DNA of 51,893 nucleotides from IMG/VR virus record IMGVR_UViG_3300048836_000042, positions 1 through 51,893 of that record; one strand, written 5' to 3'. How positions within the stretch are numbered: the first letter of the stretch is position 1; each line of letters begins with the position of its first letter. The position numbers were made by a program, and so were the translations under genes. This DNA comes from a virus. Lineage: Duplodnaviria > Caudoviricetes. Below, piece by piece: positions 36,146 through 45,453 of the stretch. The notes under the pieces are model-generated. The model saw only the letters and a list, made by a program, of their open reading frames with translations. It was not told the origin of the DNA and did no database searches.

Positions 36146-36174
36146 AGTATACCACAAATTTAGTAAAAAGTCAA
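36146..36174 (-). promoter_or_regulatory. Leftward sigma70 promoter
   Basis: TTGACT-N17-TATACT with TG extension. Confidence 0.8.
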
Positions 36175-36224
36175 GGGGTTTTATAAAAAAAGTTAAAAAA
36201 AGTTGCATTTTTATAAAAAAAGAC

Positions 36225-36253
36225 TTGACAAAAACAAAAAAGTGTGATATACT
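36225..36253 (+). promoter_or_regulatory. Rightward sigma70 promoter for the packaging/structural arm
   Basis: TTGACA-N17-TATACT with TG extension and A-tract UP element. Confidence 0.85.
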
Positions 36254-36274
36254 ATATGTATAGGATGAAAATTT

Positions 36275-36799
36275 ATGTCTGAAGTCACAAAATTACCAAA
36301 CGGTTTTTACCCAGAAATCCCGATGGAGAAGAAAATGGAGCTGATCAAAGCTTACGTTTCTCTTGGGAATATGCGGTTAGCCTCCGAAATGGTTGGTATC
36401 AACTATGAGACCGCTCGGTATTGGCGTAAAACCAAAGATTGGTGGCCTAAACTCATGGAGGAGGCCAAGCAGGAGCAGCGCCAGGAACTTCAAGGGCGTC
36501 TTGGTAAGATTACAGAAACCGCTCTTTCGATCATGGAAGATCGGCTTAAGAATGGTGAGTACATTCTGAACATAAAAACCGGAGATATTATCAGAAAACC
36601 CGTGGGCCTGCGGGACGCAAACCAGGCCGCCAATAATCTGATGACTCAAGCCACCAAGCTGGAAGAAATGAATAGTAAGTCGCATACAGTGGATGAGTCT
36701 ACAGCAGAAGTTCTTAAGCAACTGGCCAATGAGTTCGCTAAGTTTGCTAAGAAGAAAGTTAATACTGAAATTATAGACGTGGAAGTCAAGGAGATTTGA
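36275..36799 (+). CDS. Putative terminase small subunit
   Basis: N-terminal HTH-like segment (LASEMVGINYETARYW), helical core, first gene of the packaging arm. Confidence 0.6.
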   Translation: MSEVTKLPNGFYPEIPMEKKMELIKAYVSLGNMRLASEMVGINYETARYWRKTKDWWPKLMEEAKQEQRQELQGRLGKITETALSIMEDRLKNGEYILNIKTGDIIRKPVGLRDANQAANNLMTQATKLEEMNSKSHTVDESTAEVLKQLANEFAKFAKKKVNTEIIDVEVKEI

Positions 36800-37138
36800 A
36801 TGCTAGTTGTGAATCCAATTTTATCTTATGGTCCCGGATTTTTGCAAGTACGGCCGAACGAGAATTTGTACCAAAAACAAATTGGGACAATTCAAGGGCT
36901 AAACGAGTATGTTCGTTGGACCCTATCAACAGACTCCTCCGGGCCTTTCACCCTGGAACTTAGCCATAATTATGGGGATCAGACTACAGTAATGCTCTCA
37001 GGAAATGTCCCTGAACACAAAGGAACGTACCTTATCAATGCTCGAATTAAAGCCTCTGTACAAGTTGTATATGGGTACATTATGCCTGAACCAGCCGAAC
37101 AAGAAATTACGTTCAGTATTCAACTTAATGTTCGGTAA
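36800..37138 (+). CDS. Hypothetical protein
   Basis: AAGGAG RBS. Confidence 0.55.
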   Translation: MLVVNPILSYGPGFLQVRPNENLYQKQIGTIQGLNEYVRWTLSTDSSGPFTLELSHNYGDQTTVMLSGNVPEHKGTYLINARIKASVQVVYGYIMPEPAEQEITFSIQLNVR

Positions 37139-37141
37139 TTT

Positions 37142-37441
37142 ATGCCGTACATGACCGACGGAAAGCGGGACTACAAAAAAGAGGTGGCCAAATACACCTC
37201 CAAGCCCGAAGTAGTAAAGAAGCGTGTGGAGCAGAATAAAGCTCGTCGTATGGCTGAAAAAGAGGGTTTGGTGAAGAAGGGGGATGGCAAAGAGGTAGAT
37301 CATCGTAAACCCCTCTCTAAAGGGGGCACTACGACAAAATCAAATCTTCGTGTGGTTCCCGCCAAAGAAAACCGTTCGTTTAGCCGAAATAAAGATGGCT
37401 CTTTAAAAAATCAAACTAGTCGCCGTGAACGAAAAAAATAA
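37142..37441 (+). CDS. Small HNH protein (terminase-associated type)
   Basis: EVDHRKPLSKGG....NLRV....NRS. Confidence 0.8.
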   Translation: MPYMTDGKRDYKKEVAKYTSKPEVVKKRVEQNKARRMAEKEGLVKKGDGKEVDHRKPLSKGGTTTKSNLRVVPAKENRSFSRNKDGSLKNQTSRRERKK

Positions 37442-37480
37442 TTGCTCTAAATGTGGTTTATTTGCAGGGCAGGGTAAATA

Positions 37481-37918
37481 ATGTCTTTCTGGGGTAAACT
37501 GTTTGGCACTGATGAAGCCATCAGCAAAACAATTGATGTTGTTAGCGAAGGGCTTGACAAGCTAGTTTACACCTCTGAAGAGAAGGCGGATGCCGCCGCC
37601 AGGGAGCGGACAGAAGCTCGCTCCATGCTTGTTAAGTGGATGGAAGCCACGCAGGGCCAAAATCTTGCACGTAGGCTTATTAGTCTTGCTATCACAGGTG
37701 TCTGGTTATCCCAATACGTTATTGCTACTACTGCTTCCTCCGTTGCTATTTTCTGGGATACGCAATCAATTAATCTAAATAAATTGGCTGCTGTTCAAAT
37801 CGGTACTGCTGAACAGATGAACGGACCAGTAATGCTGATCTTAGCTTTCTACTTTGCTGCACCACACATGGGAGATTTTGCCCAGGCAATCGTCGGTAGA
37901 TTTAAGCAAAAAGTATAA
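37481..37918 (+). CDS. Holin-like membrane protein
   Basis: LD.LVYT.EEKA, two TM helices, ILAFYF. Confidence 0.6.
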   Translation: MSFWGKLFGTDEAISKTIDVVSEGLDKLVYTSEEKADAAARERTEARSMLVKWMEATQGQNLARRLISLAITGVWLSQYVIATTASSVAIFWDTQSINLNKLAAVQIGTAEQMNGPVMLILAFYFAAPHMGDFAQAIVGRFKQKV

Positions 37919-38202
37919 TGTACTCGAATTGCCTGTTCTGGTCAATCCGACGGTTTTGCCAGTTACAAAAAGAATGGATTGAAAACGGGGAGCAGAAAGG
38001 CTACGAGCCTGTCTGGTATCTCCGATCAAGTAGACTAGCCCCTTGGTGGGTTCCATCATGGGGTGTTGAGCGCCGAGTAGGCAATAAGATTATCACTGAA
38101 AAGTTTTCTCCAGAAAATAAAGAACGATTGAAGTGGTATCAAGTCTGGCGAAAATTCTGGTTTAAGGGTTATGTTGAAGTAACATATGCAGTTAACAAGT
38201 GA
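37918..38202 (+). CDS. Trp-rich hypothetical protein
   Basis: TAATG-coupled ORF. Confidence 0.55.
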   Translation: MYSNCLFWSIRRFCQLQKEWIENGEQKGYEPVWYLRSSRLAPWWVPSWGVERRVGNKIITEKFSPENKERLKWYQVWRKFWFKGYVEVTYAVNK

Positions 38203-39685
38203 AATTATTGCCGGTTTTAGTGGAAGTTTATTACAAAAAAGTTATGATCAAGCCGTCGAATCCCCTGAATGTCACGCCGAATGGTGGGACTTATGTACAT
38301 CCAAGGCCCCGAAGGTCGCAATTGCCGCTCCGAGGCGACATGCGAAAAGTACCGCAATTACTTTGGCCTACGTACTGGCGTGTCTACTGTTTCGCAACAG
38401 GAAATATGCCCTAATTGTTTCTGATACCATCACTCAGGCAACTCAGTTCCTGGGAGATATCAAGAAAGAGTTAGCAGACAACGATAGAATTATCAAGCTC
38501 TTTGGGATCAAAGAGTTTCTAAAAGACACCGAAGACGATGTGATTATCGCCTTCACAGATGGAGAACAGTTCCGTATTACTGCCAAAGGCTCCGAACAAA
38601 AACTTCGTGGTTTAAAGTGGAACAACAAACGACCCGATTTAATTGTAGGAGACGACCTTGAAAACGATGAAATCGTTCTCAACGCTGAACGTAGACAAAA
38701 GTTTAAACGCTGGTTCTACGGTGCTCTGGTTCCTTCTCTGGCTGTTAATGGCGTCATTAGGATTGTGGGGACTATTCTACACGAAGACAGCCTACTGAAC
38801 AACCTGATGCCCTCTGACTACGATAGAGATACCGTAGTAGAAGAGCTAAAGACGTACAACCCAAGAGCAACCAACAGTTGGAAAGCTCTTAAGTATCGAG
38901 CCCACTCAGATGATTTCAAGTACATCTTGTGGCCCCAGCGATACAAAGCAGATTGGTTCTTGTCCGAAAGACAGGATTTTATTGACCGCGGATTGGCGGA
39001 TGTATATTCTCAGGAATACCTGAACATCCCAATTGATGAAAGTGTTGCTTACTTCCGAAAGAGTGACTTCGTAGCTGAACATTCGGAAGACAAGAAAGCC
39101 AAGCTTAACTATTATATCACAGCGGACTTGGCAATTTCCCAGAAAGAAACAGCGGACTACTCCGTTTTTCTTATTGCTGGTGTGGATGAGAACAGAGTTA
39201 TCCATGTACGAAATGTGATCCGTGAGCGGTTGGATGGTAAAGAGATTGTAGACACCCTACTTAATTTACAAAAAGTCTACAACCCAGAGCTAGTCGGTAT
39301 CGAAGAAATGCAGGTGTCCAAGGCAATTGGACCGTTCCTTCGAGAAGAGATGATCAAGACCGGCAATTATATCAATCTTATTCCCCTGAAACACGGGGGT
39401 AAAGACAAGATTGCCAGGGCAAAGTCAGTACAGGCCCGGGTTAGGGCAAGAGCAGTAAAGTTTGATAAGTCAGGTGATTGGTACTCTATTTTCGAGGATG
39501 AACTTTGTAAGTTTCCTCGTGGAACGAAAGATGACCAAGTTGACGCATTCGCCTATTTGGGGCTAATGTTAGATTCATTAATCGAAGCCCCAACACGAGC
39601 AGAAGAAGAGGAAGAACAATACTACGATGATTTATCCAGAGCAAACCTCGGGAATGATGGCAAATCAGCCCTCTGTGGATACTAA
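38186..39685 (+). CDS. terL: Terminase large subunit
   Basis: APRRHAKST, LRG, RPDLIVGDDLE, GT.LHED, QEY.N, DLA, DDQVDA. Confidence 0.95.
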   Translation: MQLTSEIIAGFSGSLLQKSYDQAVESPECHAEWWDLCTSKAPKVAIAAPRRHAKSTAITLAYVLACLLFRNRKYALIVSDTITQATQFLGDIKKELADNDRIIKLFGIKEFLKDTEDDVIIAFTDGEQFRITAKGSEQKLRGLKWNNKRPDLIVGDDLENDEIVLNAERRQKFKRWFYGALVPSLAVNGVIRIVGTILHEDSLLNNLMPSDYDRDTVVEELKTYNPRATNSWKALKYRAHSDDFKYILWPQRYKADWFLSERQDFIDRGLADVYSQEYLNIPIDESVAYFRKSDFVAEHSEDKKAKLNYYITADLAISQKETADYSVFLIAGVDENRVIHVRNVIRERLDGKEIVDTLLNLQKVYNPELVGIEEMQVSKAIGPFLREEMIKTGNYINLIPLKHGGKDKIARAKSVQARVRARAVKFDKSGDWYSIFEDELCKFPRGTKDDQVDAFAYLGLMLDSLIEAPTRAEEEEEQYYDDLSRANLGNDGKSALCGY

Positions 39686-41720
39686 AGAATCCATGCGTGC
39701 TCTGGTAGAGAGCACTAACCTGATTAAGAAGTTTAAAGAAGATCAGTTAATGGAGCTTGCTGAGCAAGTCTCTACTGGTTTCGAGCATGATCTACTTTCC
39801 CGTGCAGAGTGGGATAAGGCCGCCAAAGAGTGGACAGAACTAGCCCTACAGGTACGTCGGGAAAAGACTTATCCATGGCCAGGCGCAGCAAACGTTAAGT
39901 ATCCCCTACTGTCCACCGCTGCAATGCAGTTCAATGCTCGCTCTTATCCTTCTCTCGTTCCCTCAGACGGCAATATTGTAAAAACTATTGTTGTGGGCTC
40001 TGACCCCACTGGGGAAAAGAAAACCCGGGCAGAGCGGGTTGGGAAGTACATGTCGTACCAGATCCTCCATGAAATGGATGGCTGGGAAGAAGACATGGAC
40101 AAACTCCTGATTATGCTTCCTATTGTTGGAATGGCATTCAAGAAGACATACTTCAGTCCGATTACTAAAAAGAATGTCAGTGAATTGGTCTTTCCTAAGA
40201 ATCTTGTTGTTAACTACTGGACTAAGAACTTAGAAGAAGCTGACCGCATTTCTGAGATCATCATGATGCCACAGCGCGTCCTGAAATCTCGTCAAATGTC
40301 TGGTATTTTTGACAAGAACGTTGATTTAGGGGAACCCCATGCCCACATTGAACAAGATCAAGCAGTCGCTATCCGCCAAGATGAAACACTTCCGTACTTC
40401 ATTGTCGAGCAGCATTGCTACTATGACAAAGACGGTGACGGATACCCTGAACCGTACATTGTCACATTTGAGCGTTACAGCAAAAAGCTTCTACGAGTCG
40501 TCGCTAGATTCGATGAAGAGTGTGTTTCAGTCGGAGAGGATGGAAAACTTCAAGAAATCCGTCCAATCCAGTATTACACCAAGTATGGCTTTATTCCTAA
40601 TCCTGATGGCTCTTTTTATGACATTGGCTTTGGTGTCCTGCTTGGCCCGCTAAACGAATCTGTAAACACCCTGATTAACCAGCTTCTGGATTCAGGGCAC
40701 CTCTACAACCTACAAGCCGGCTTCTTAGGCAAAGGCTTGAAGATGAAAATGGGTGAGGCCCAGTTCAAACCCGGTGAGTGGAAAGTTCTCACTGGAGCTA
40801 TCGGGGATGATCTGAAGAAACAGATCATGCCTCTTCCGGTCAAGGAACCCTCAAACGTTCTATTCCAGCTTATGGGTACATTAGTGACCTCGGGTAAGGA
40901 ACTCGCTTCTGTAGCTGAAATCTTCACAGGCAAGATGCCAGGGCAGAACACCCCTGCTACTACGACTATGGCTACGGTAGAGCAGGGCATGAAGGTATTC
41001 ACGGCTGTCTATAAGCGGATTTACCGCGCCCTTGCCCTTGAATTCAAAAAGCTGTATGAACTGAATCGTTTATACGCCGAACCAAATAAGTATCAAATGA
41101 TTGTGGACACAGCGATTGGTCCCGATGATTTTGATAAGCAAAGCTATGATGTTTGTCCTGCTGCTGATCCTAATGCGCTATCGCAATCAGAAAGGTTGAT
41201 GAAAGCCCAAGGTCTGCTGGAACTACTTCCGTCAGGGATGCTTGATCCTGTCAAGGTCATTTCTCGTGTTCTAGAAGCACAAGAACAACCCAACTGGCAA
41301 GAGCTTCTTAATCAGCAGGTCAGAGAGACCGGGCAACCTCCCCCACCTCCGCCTGATCCGAAACTGATGGCTATCCAAGCTAAAGCAGAAACAGATCAGA
41401 AGAAAGCTGCTGTTGATATTCAGAAGAAACAAATGGACATGGAGCTAAGTGCCCGTGACCAGCAACTGAAAGCAGCCATGGAGCAACAGAAGCATGCACA
41501 AGACATGCAGAACAAGACCCAGATGGCACAACTAGATGCTGCCAGCAAACTACAGATGAGCGAGATTTTCGCCGCCGAGGCTAAAGCCAAGGCAATGCAA
41601 GGGCTCACACAGGGCGAGCAACAGCATCAGCAGAAACTTCAACAGATGAAGGAGAAATCAAAATCGCAACAAGGGAACAGTGGCGGGACTGGAAAGAATC
41701 AGTCTGCACGAAAGAAATAA
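39627..41720 (+). CDS. Portal protein (start possibly 39654)
   Basis: PWPGAANV..PLL, G.AFKKTY, FYDIGFG, Q/M-rich C-terminal barrel; follows terL. Confidence 0.88.
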   Translation: MIYPEQTSGMMANQPSVDTKESMRALVESTNLIKKFKEDQLMELAEQVSTGFEHDLLSRAEWDKAAKEWTELALQVRREKTYPWPGAANVKYPLLSTAAMQFNARSYPSLVPSDGNIVKTIVVGSDPTGEKKTRAERVGKYMSYQILHEMDGWEEDMDKLLIMLPIVGMAFKKTYFSPITKKNVSELVFPKNLVVNYWTKNLEEADRISEIIMMPQRVLKSRQMSGIFDKNVDLGEPHAHIEQDQAVAIRQDETLPYFIVEQHCYYDKDGDGYPEPYIVTFERYSKKLLRVVARFDEECVSVGEDGKLQEIRPIQYYTKYGFIPNPDGSFYDIGFGVLLGPLNESVNTLINQLLDSGHLYNLQAGFLGKGLKMKMGEAQFKPGEWKVLTGAIGDDLKKQIMPLPVKEPSNVLFQLMGTLVTSGKELASVAEIFTGKMPGQNTPATTTMATVEQGMKVFTAVYKRIYRALALEFKKLYELNRLYAEPNKYQMIVDTAIGPDDFDKQSYDVCPAADPNALSQSERLMKAQGLLELLPSGMLDPVKVISRVLEAQEQPNWQELLNQQVRETGQPPPPPPDPKLMAIQAKAETDQKKAAVDIQKKQMDMELSARDQQLKAAMEQQKHAQDMQNKTQMAQLDAASKLQMSEIFAAEAKAKAMQGLTQGEQQHQQKLQQMKEKSKSQQGNSGGTGKNQSARKK

Positions 41721-41881
41721 CATACGCTTATAAGCAGCGTATTCTAGCCATCCAGGAGTTACTGGGTGTTTCCGCAGGATTAGATCCTGCTCAAGATCGG
41801 TTCCATACAGGTTATATTGCAGCAGTCAATGATTTCTTGAACATGGAACTAATTGATGAGGAGACTCAAGAGGATGATTAA
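41663..41881 (+). CDS. Small post-portal protein (72 aa, not in the ORF track); probable ATC start
   Basis: (M)ATREQWRDWK...T...D...G.I.A..DFL; AAGGAG 8 nt upstream of ATC; stop overlaps the GroES-like ATG. Confidence 0.7.
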   Translation: MATREQWRDWKESVCTKEITYAYKQRILAIQELLGVSAGLDPAQDRFHTGYIAAVNDFLNMELIDEETQEDD

Positions 41882-42200
41882 AACCCCTCTACATCGTGTT
41901 ACAGTTATTCCATTTGACGTAGATGAATGGGATGAAACACGGAAAAAGGCCAAGTCTCTTGGCTTTGCACTACCTGATGCAGACATGGGTGGTGTACGCG
42001 CTAAAGCTAGCGTGGATATAGGCAGTGTCTTCCAGATTGGTAGCACAGCCTTTAAAGATTTCGGAGATACTCCGATTAAAGTCGGCGATACAGTAGCCTA
42101 CGTTAAGAACTCAGGTAAGTTCGTTAAAGATCCCTTCGATCAAAAAGAATACCTAGTTCTCAATGATGAGGATATTGTGGCCATTTTTGAGAAAGAATAA
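41874..42200 (+). CDS. GroES-like co-chaperonin
   Basis: IKTPLHRV.V...G..LP...G.V..IG...IKVGDTV.Y...G...EYLVLNDEDIVAI. Confidence 0.8.
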   Translation: MIKTPLHRVTVIPFDVDEWDETRKKAKSLGFALPDADMGGVRAKASVDIGSVFQIGSTAFKDFGDTPIKVGDTVAYVKNSGKFVKDPFDQKEYLVLNDEDIVAIFEKE

Positions 42201-42201
42201 C

Positions 42202-42981
42202 ATGGAAGAAAACCAAAACCAAGAAGCTCCAGTAGAGCAATCTACGGAAGAGGTAAAACAGGATCCATTTACTGAACGGGCAATGGAACTGGGTTGGAGG
42301 CCACAAGAAGAGTGGCAAGGTGCTCCAGAAGATTTCATTGACGCAAAGGAGTTTGTTCGCCGTCAACCGTTGTTTGAAAAGATCGAGCACCAGTCTCGTG
42401 AACTCAAACAACTGAAGCAGGCTTTTGATGCCTTTAAAACGCATCACTCCAAAGTCAAAGAAGCAGAATACAATCGCGCTCTAGCGGCATTAAAAACAGA
42501 ACGTCGTCGCGCACTGTCAGATGGTGAGACTGATCGAGCACTGGCTATCGAGGATCAAATCGAAGATATCCAGGGGCAGAAACAACAGTTTGAGCGAGAA
42601 GTATCCACAAAAGAACAAGAGGCTCCAGTAGCCCGTCCAGAGTTTGTTCGCTGGACACAAGAGAATTCATGGTATGGTAAAGACCGAGCAATGACTGCTT
42701 TTGCAGACAAACTCGGGGTTGAACTAGCGCAGCAAGGGTACACTCCTATGGATGTTCTACGGGAAGTAACAGTAGAAATCAAAAAGGAATTCCAGCACAA
42801 GTTCAACAATCCACGCCGAGAGCGAGCAGGTCAAGTAGAGGGAGGTTCCCGTACTTCTAACAGTGCGGAACCAGATTTCCAGATGACTGACGACGAGCGT
42901 CGAATTATGAATCGACTAGTTAGTGCGGGTGCACTGACGAAAGATGAGTATGTCAAAGAGTTGAAGCGAACCAGGGGTTAA
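42202..42981 (+). CDS. Putative scaffolding protein
   Basis: Acidic N-terminus, GW.P.EEW.G motif, coiled coil, EYVKEL C-terminus. Confidence 0.65.
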   Translation: MEENQNQEAPVEQSTEEVKQDPFTERAMELGWRPQEEWQGAPEDFIDAKEFVRRQPLFEKIEHQSRELKQLKQAFDAFKTHHSKVKEAEYNRALAALKTERRRALSDGETDRALAIEDQIEDIQGQKQQFEREVSTKEQEAPVARPEFVRWTQENSWYGKDRAMTAFADKLGVELAQQGYTPMDVLREVTVEIKKEFQHKFNNPRRERAGQVEGGSRTSNSAEPDFQMTDDERRIMNRLVSAGALTKDEYVKELKRTRG

Positions 42982-42983
42982 TC

Positions 42984-43394
42984 ATGACGAGAGAAACAGC
43001 AACCCGAGTATCGCGTCCTAAGCGGACGCCTATCAACGGTCGTAATATCCTGACTGTTACGGGAAAAGATCCCAACTACGTTTATCGTATTGTGAATGAT
43101 GTGGGAGATCGCATCGCTATGTTTAAAGAAGCATGCTATGAGCTTGTTGACAGCGACTCTGTAAAAGTCGGTGATCGGCGAGTTAACGTGGCATCTGCCG
43201 AGGGCTCTAAAGCTCAAGTATCTGTTGACCGAGAAGGCACTAAAGCTTTCGTTATGCGTATTCCGAAGGAATTGTATGAGGAAGACCAACGTGCCAAACA
43301 GGTCCATGTAGATGAGCTAGAGCAATCTATTAAAAAGGAAGCTCTCTCTAAAAATGAACTTCAATCCGGTAAGATGGAAATCCTCCGCGACTAA
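42984..43394 (+). CDS. Head-module hypothetical protein
   Basis: Y.YR.VND..RI...YE.V motif; position. Confidence 0.65.
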   Translation: MTRETATRVSRPKRTPINGRNILTVTGKDPNYVYRIVNDVGDRIAMFKEACYELVDSDSVKVGDRRVNVASAEGSKAQVSVDREGTKAFVMRIPKELYEEDQRAKQVHVDELEQSIKKEALSKNELQSGKMEILRD

Positions 43395-43430
43395 GAAATT
43401 TTTAGGGGAGCTATTTTTGGAGTAATCTAA

Positions 43431-44033
43431 ATGGCATCTGTTCTTTCGGGCTTTCGCCCTGTAAAACACATGAACGGCTCCCCCTATAATGGGCAAGTCA
43501 ATCGCTATATGATTAGCGCCAGCGATTCGCAAGTAACTAACGTGGGTGACCTCGTAGTTCTTTCGGATAACGACGCGCTAATTGACACCGCTGGTGGCGG
43601 TGTTTATCCCGCTGTCGAGCGGGCTGCCTCTGCAACTTCGTCAGCAATTGTTGGTGCTATTGTTGGTTTCGAACCCGACTACAGCAACCTAAACACTGGC
43701 AACTATCGTGCTGCTTCCACGCGGCGTGTTGTGCTAGTTGCTGACTCTCCTGACCTAATCTTTGCTTGCCCTCAAGACGGCAACATTTCTCCTCCGGCAG
43801 TTGGTCTAAACTGTTCCCTAGTCATTGGCTCAGGTGCTGCAACTGCTCCTTATGCGTCAACTATGAAGGTTGACAGCTCGGAGGTTGCTACCACGGCCAC
43901 TGACCCAGTGCAGATTGTAGGTATTGTTAACTCACCAGACAACGCCAATCGTCTGGCGGACAGCGGCCGGCCCGAACTACTTGTCCGTATCAACACCCAT
44001 GCGTTTAGCGCAGCGGGTCTAGCCGGCGTTTAA
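43431..44033 (+). CDS. Putative capsid decoration/minor capsid protein
   Basis: GFRPV...GD.V motif; directly upstream of the MCP. Confidence 0.6.
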   Translation: MASVLSGFRPVKHMNGSPYNGQVNRYMISASDSQVTNVGDLVVLSDNDALIDTAGGGVYPAVERAASATSSAIVGAIVGFEPDYSNLNTGNYRAASTRRVVLVADSPDLIFACPQDGNISPPAVGLNCSLVIGSGAATAPYASTMKVDSSEVATTATDPVQIVGIVNSPDNANRLADSGRPELLVRINTHAFSAAGLAGV

Positions 44034-44049
44034 TAGGGGGTAATGTATT

Positions 44050-44958
44050 ATGGCTATTATCAATAGCGGTTCTTTTGCAAAAGCCCTCTGGCCCGGTGTT
44101 AATGCTTGGTACGGTAAGGCTTACAGTGAGTATCCTGTAGAATACACGAAGCTGTTCGAGACTTTCAAGTCCAGCCGTGCATTTGAAGAGGATGTTGGTG
44201 TTTCGAGCTTTGGTCTGGCGGTTGTCAAGCCGGAAGGCAGCCCAATCAGCTATGACTCTGAGCGTCAGGCTTACATCACTCGCTACTCGCACGTAGTGTA
44301 TGCCCTTGGTTTCATGATCACTCGTGAAATCATGGACGATGACCTGTATGATGTTGTTGGTCAGCGTAAGGCCCAAGGTCTTGCCTTCTCAATGCGTCAA
44401 ACCAAGGAAGTTGTTGCGGCTAACGTGTACAACCGTGCATTTACAGCAGCTTACGCCGGCGGTGATGGTAAAGAACTCTGCGCCACTGACCACCCACTAT
44501 TCGCTGGTGGTGATTGGTCGAACGAGCTTTCGACTGCTGCCGATCTGAGTGAAGCTGCTCTTGAGCAAGCTCATATCGACATCGCTGGTTTCACCAACGA
44601 CCGCGGTCTGCTGATCTCTGTTCGTCCGAAGGCGCTGATTATCCCACGTCAACTGATGTTCGAGGCCAAGCGTATTACTGCACCTACTGGTCGCCCTGGC
44701 ACTGACACTAACGATGTCAACGCCATGAAGGCTATGGGTCTGGTTCCTGAAGTTGTGGTTAACCATTATCTGACGGATGCTGATGCTTGGTTCCTGCGCA
44801 CTGATGTGCCCCACGGTATGAAGCACTTCGAGCGTCGTGCTGACAGCTTCGATATGGATAACGATTTTGACACCGAGAACGCCAAGTTCAAGGCCACTGC
44901 TCGTTATTCGTTCGGTTGGACCGATCCTCGCGGCCTGTTTGGCAGCCCTGGCGCCTAA
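44050..44958 (+). CDS. Major capsid protein
   Basis: S.RAFEE, K.EG..I.YD, DD.Y, TKE..AA, GDG..L....HP, RYSFGW.DPRG.FGSPGA. Confidence 0.9.
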   Translation: MAIINSGSFAKALWPGVNAWYGKAYSEYPVEYTKLFETFKSSRAFEEDVGVSSFGLAVVKPEGSPISYDSERQAYITRYSHVVYALGFMITREIMDDDLYDVVGQRKAQGLAFSMRQTKEVVAANVYNRAFTAAYAGGDGKELCATDHPLFAGGDWSNELSTAADLSEAALEQAHIDIAGFTNDRGLLISVRPKALIIPRQLMFEAKRITAPTGRPGTDTNDVNAMKAMGLVPEVVVNHYLTDADAWFLRTDVPHGMKHFERRADSFDMDNDFDTENAKFKATARYSFGWTDPRGLFGSPGA

Positions 44959-45002
44959 TTAACTTGGGGGAGATTTCCTCCCCCTAATTTAAGGAGGTCT
45001 AA

Positions 45003-45401
45003 ATGGCTGTTAATATTTCATATCCAAAGCCCCGGAGTGTTATGCAGAAGACGTTTGCAATTGCACGCACGGATTCATCGACTGTAAAGTGCGTTCTTCC
45101 AAAGGACGCAGTGATTACTGAAGTGATCTGCTATCAAAACGTAAACGCTGGTACGAACCCTGCAACGTGGACTGTTGGCTGGACTGGTGCCACGGATGCT
45201 GTTCTAAATGCGTTCTCTGCTGCTACTACGGCCGTTGGCCTAGTACTGGCTGGTACAGCAATTGGTTCGGGCGTGTATGCAAAGCTTGACTCTGACAAGG
45301 CAGTGTTTTCCACCTTTGGTGGTACATCGGTTTCCGGTGGCACAGGCTATGTCACGATCAAGTACTTTGTTCCAGGCCCAGGTGAGGGTGTAGACGACTA
45401 A
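45003..45401 (+). CDS. Virion structural protein
   Basis: AAGGAGG RBS; beta-rich; follows the MCP. Confidence 0.6.
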   Translation: MAVNISYPKPRSVMQKTFAIARTDSSTVKCVLPKDAVITEVICYQNVNAGTNPATWTVGWTGATDAVLNAFSAATTAVGLVLAGTAIGSGVYAKLDSDKAVFSTFGGTSVSGGTGYVTIKYFVPGPGEGVDD

Positions 45402-45409
45402 TCGTCCGA

Positions 45410-45432
45410 TGGGGGTGAAAAGCCCCCTATTA
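45410..45432 (+). terminator. Possible intrinsic terminator
   Basis: GGGGGT-GAAA-AGCCCCC-TATT. Confidence 0.5.
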
Positions 45433-45453
45433 ACATTATAGGTAGGGAACAAA

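Noticed and set aside
34784-36263. Tracked ORFs in the control region (34784, 35077, 35935, 36024)
   Set aside because: No convincing RBS or protein-like features, and they overlap promoters and binding motifs
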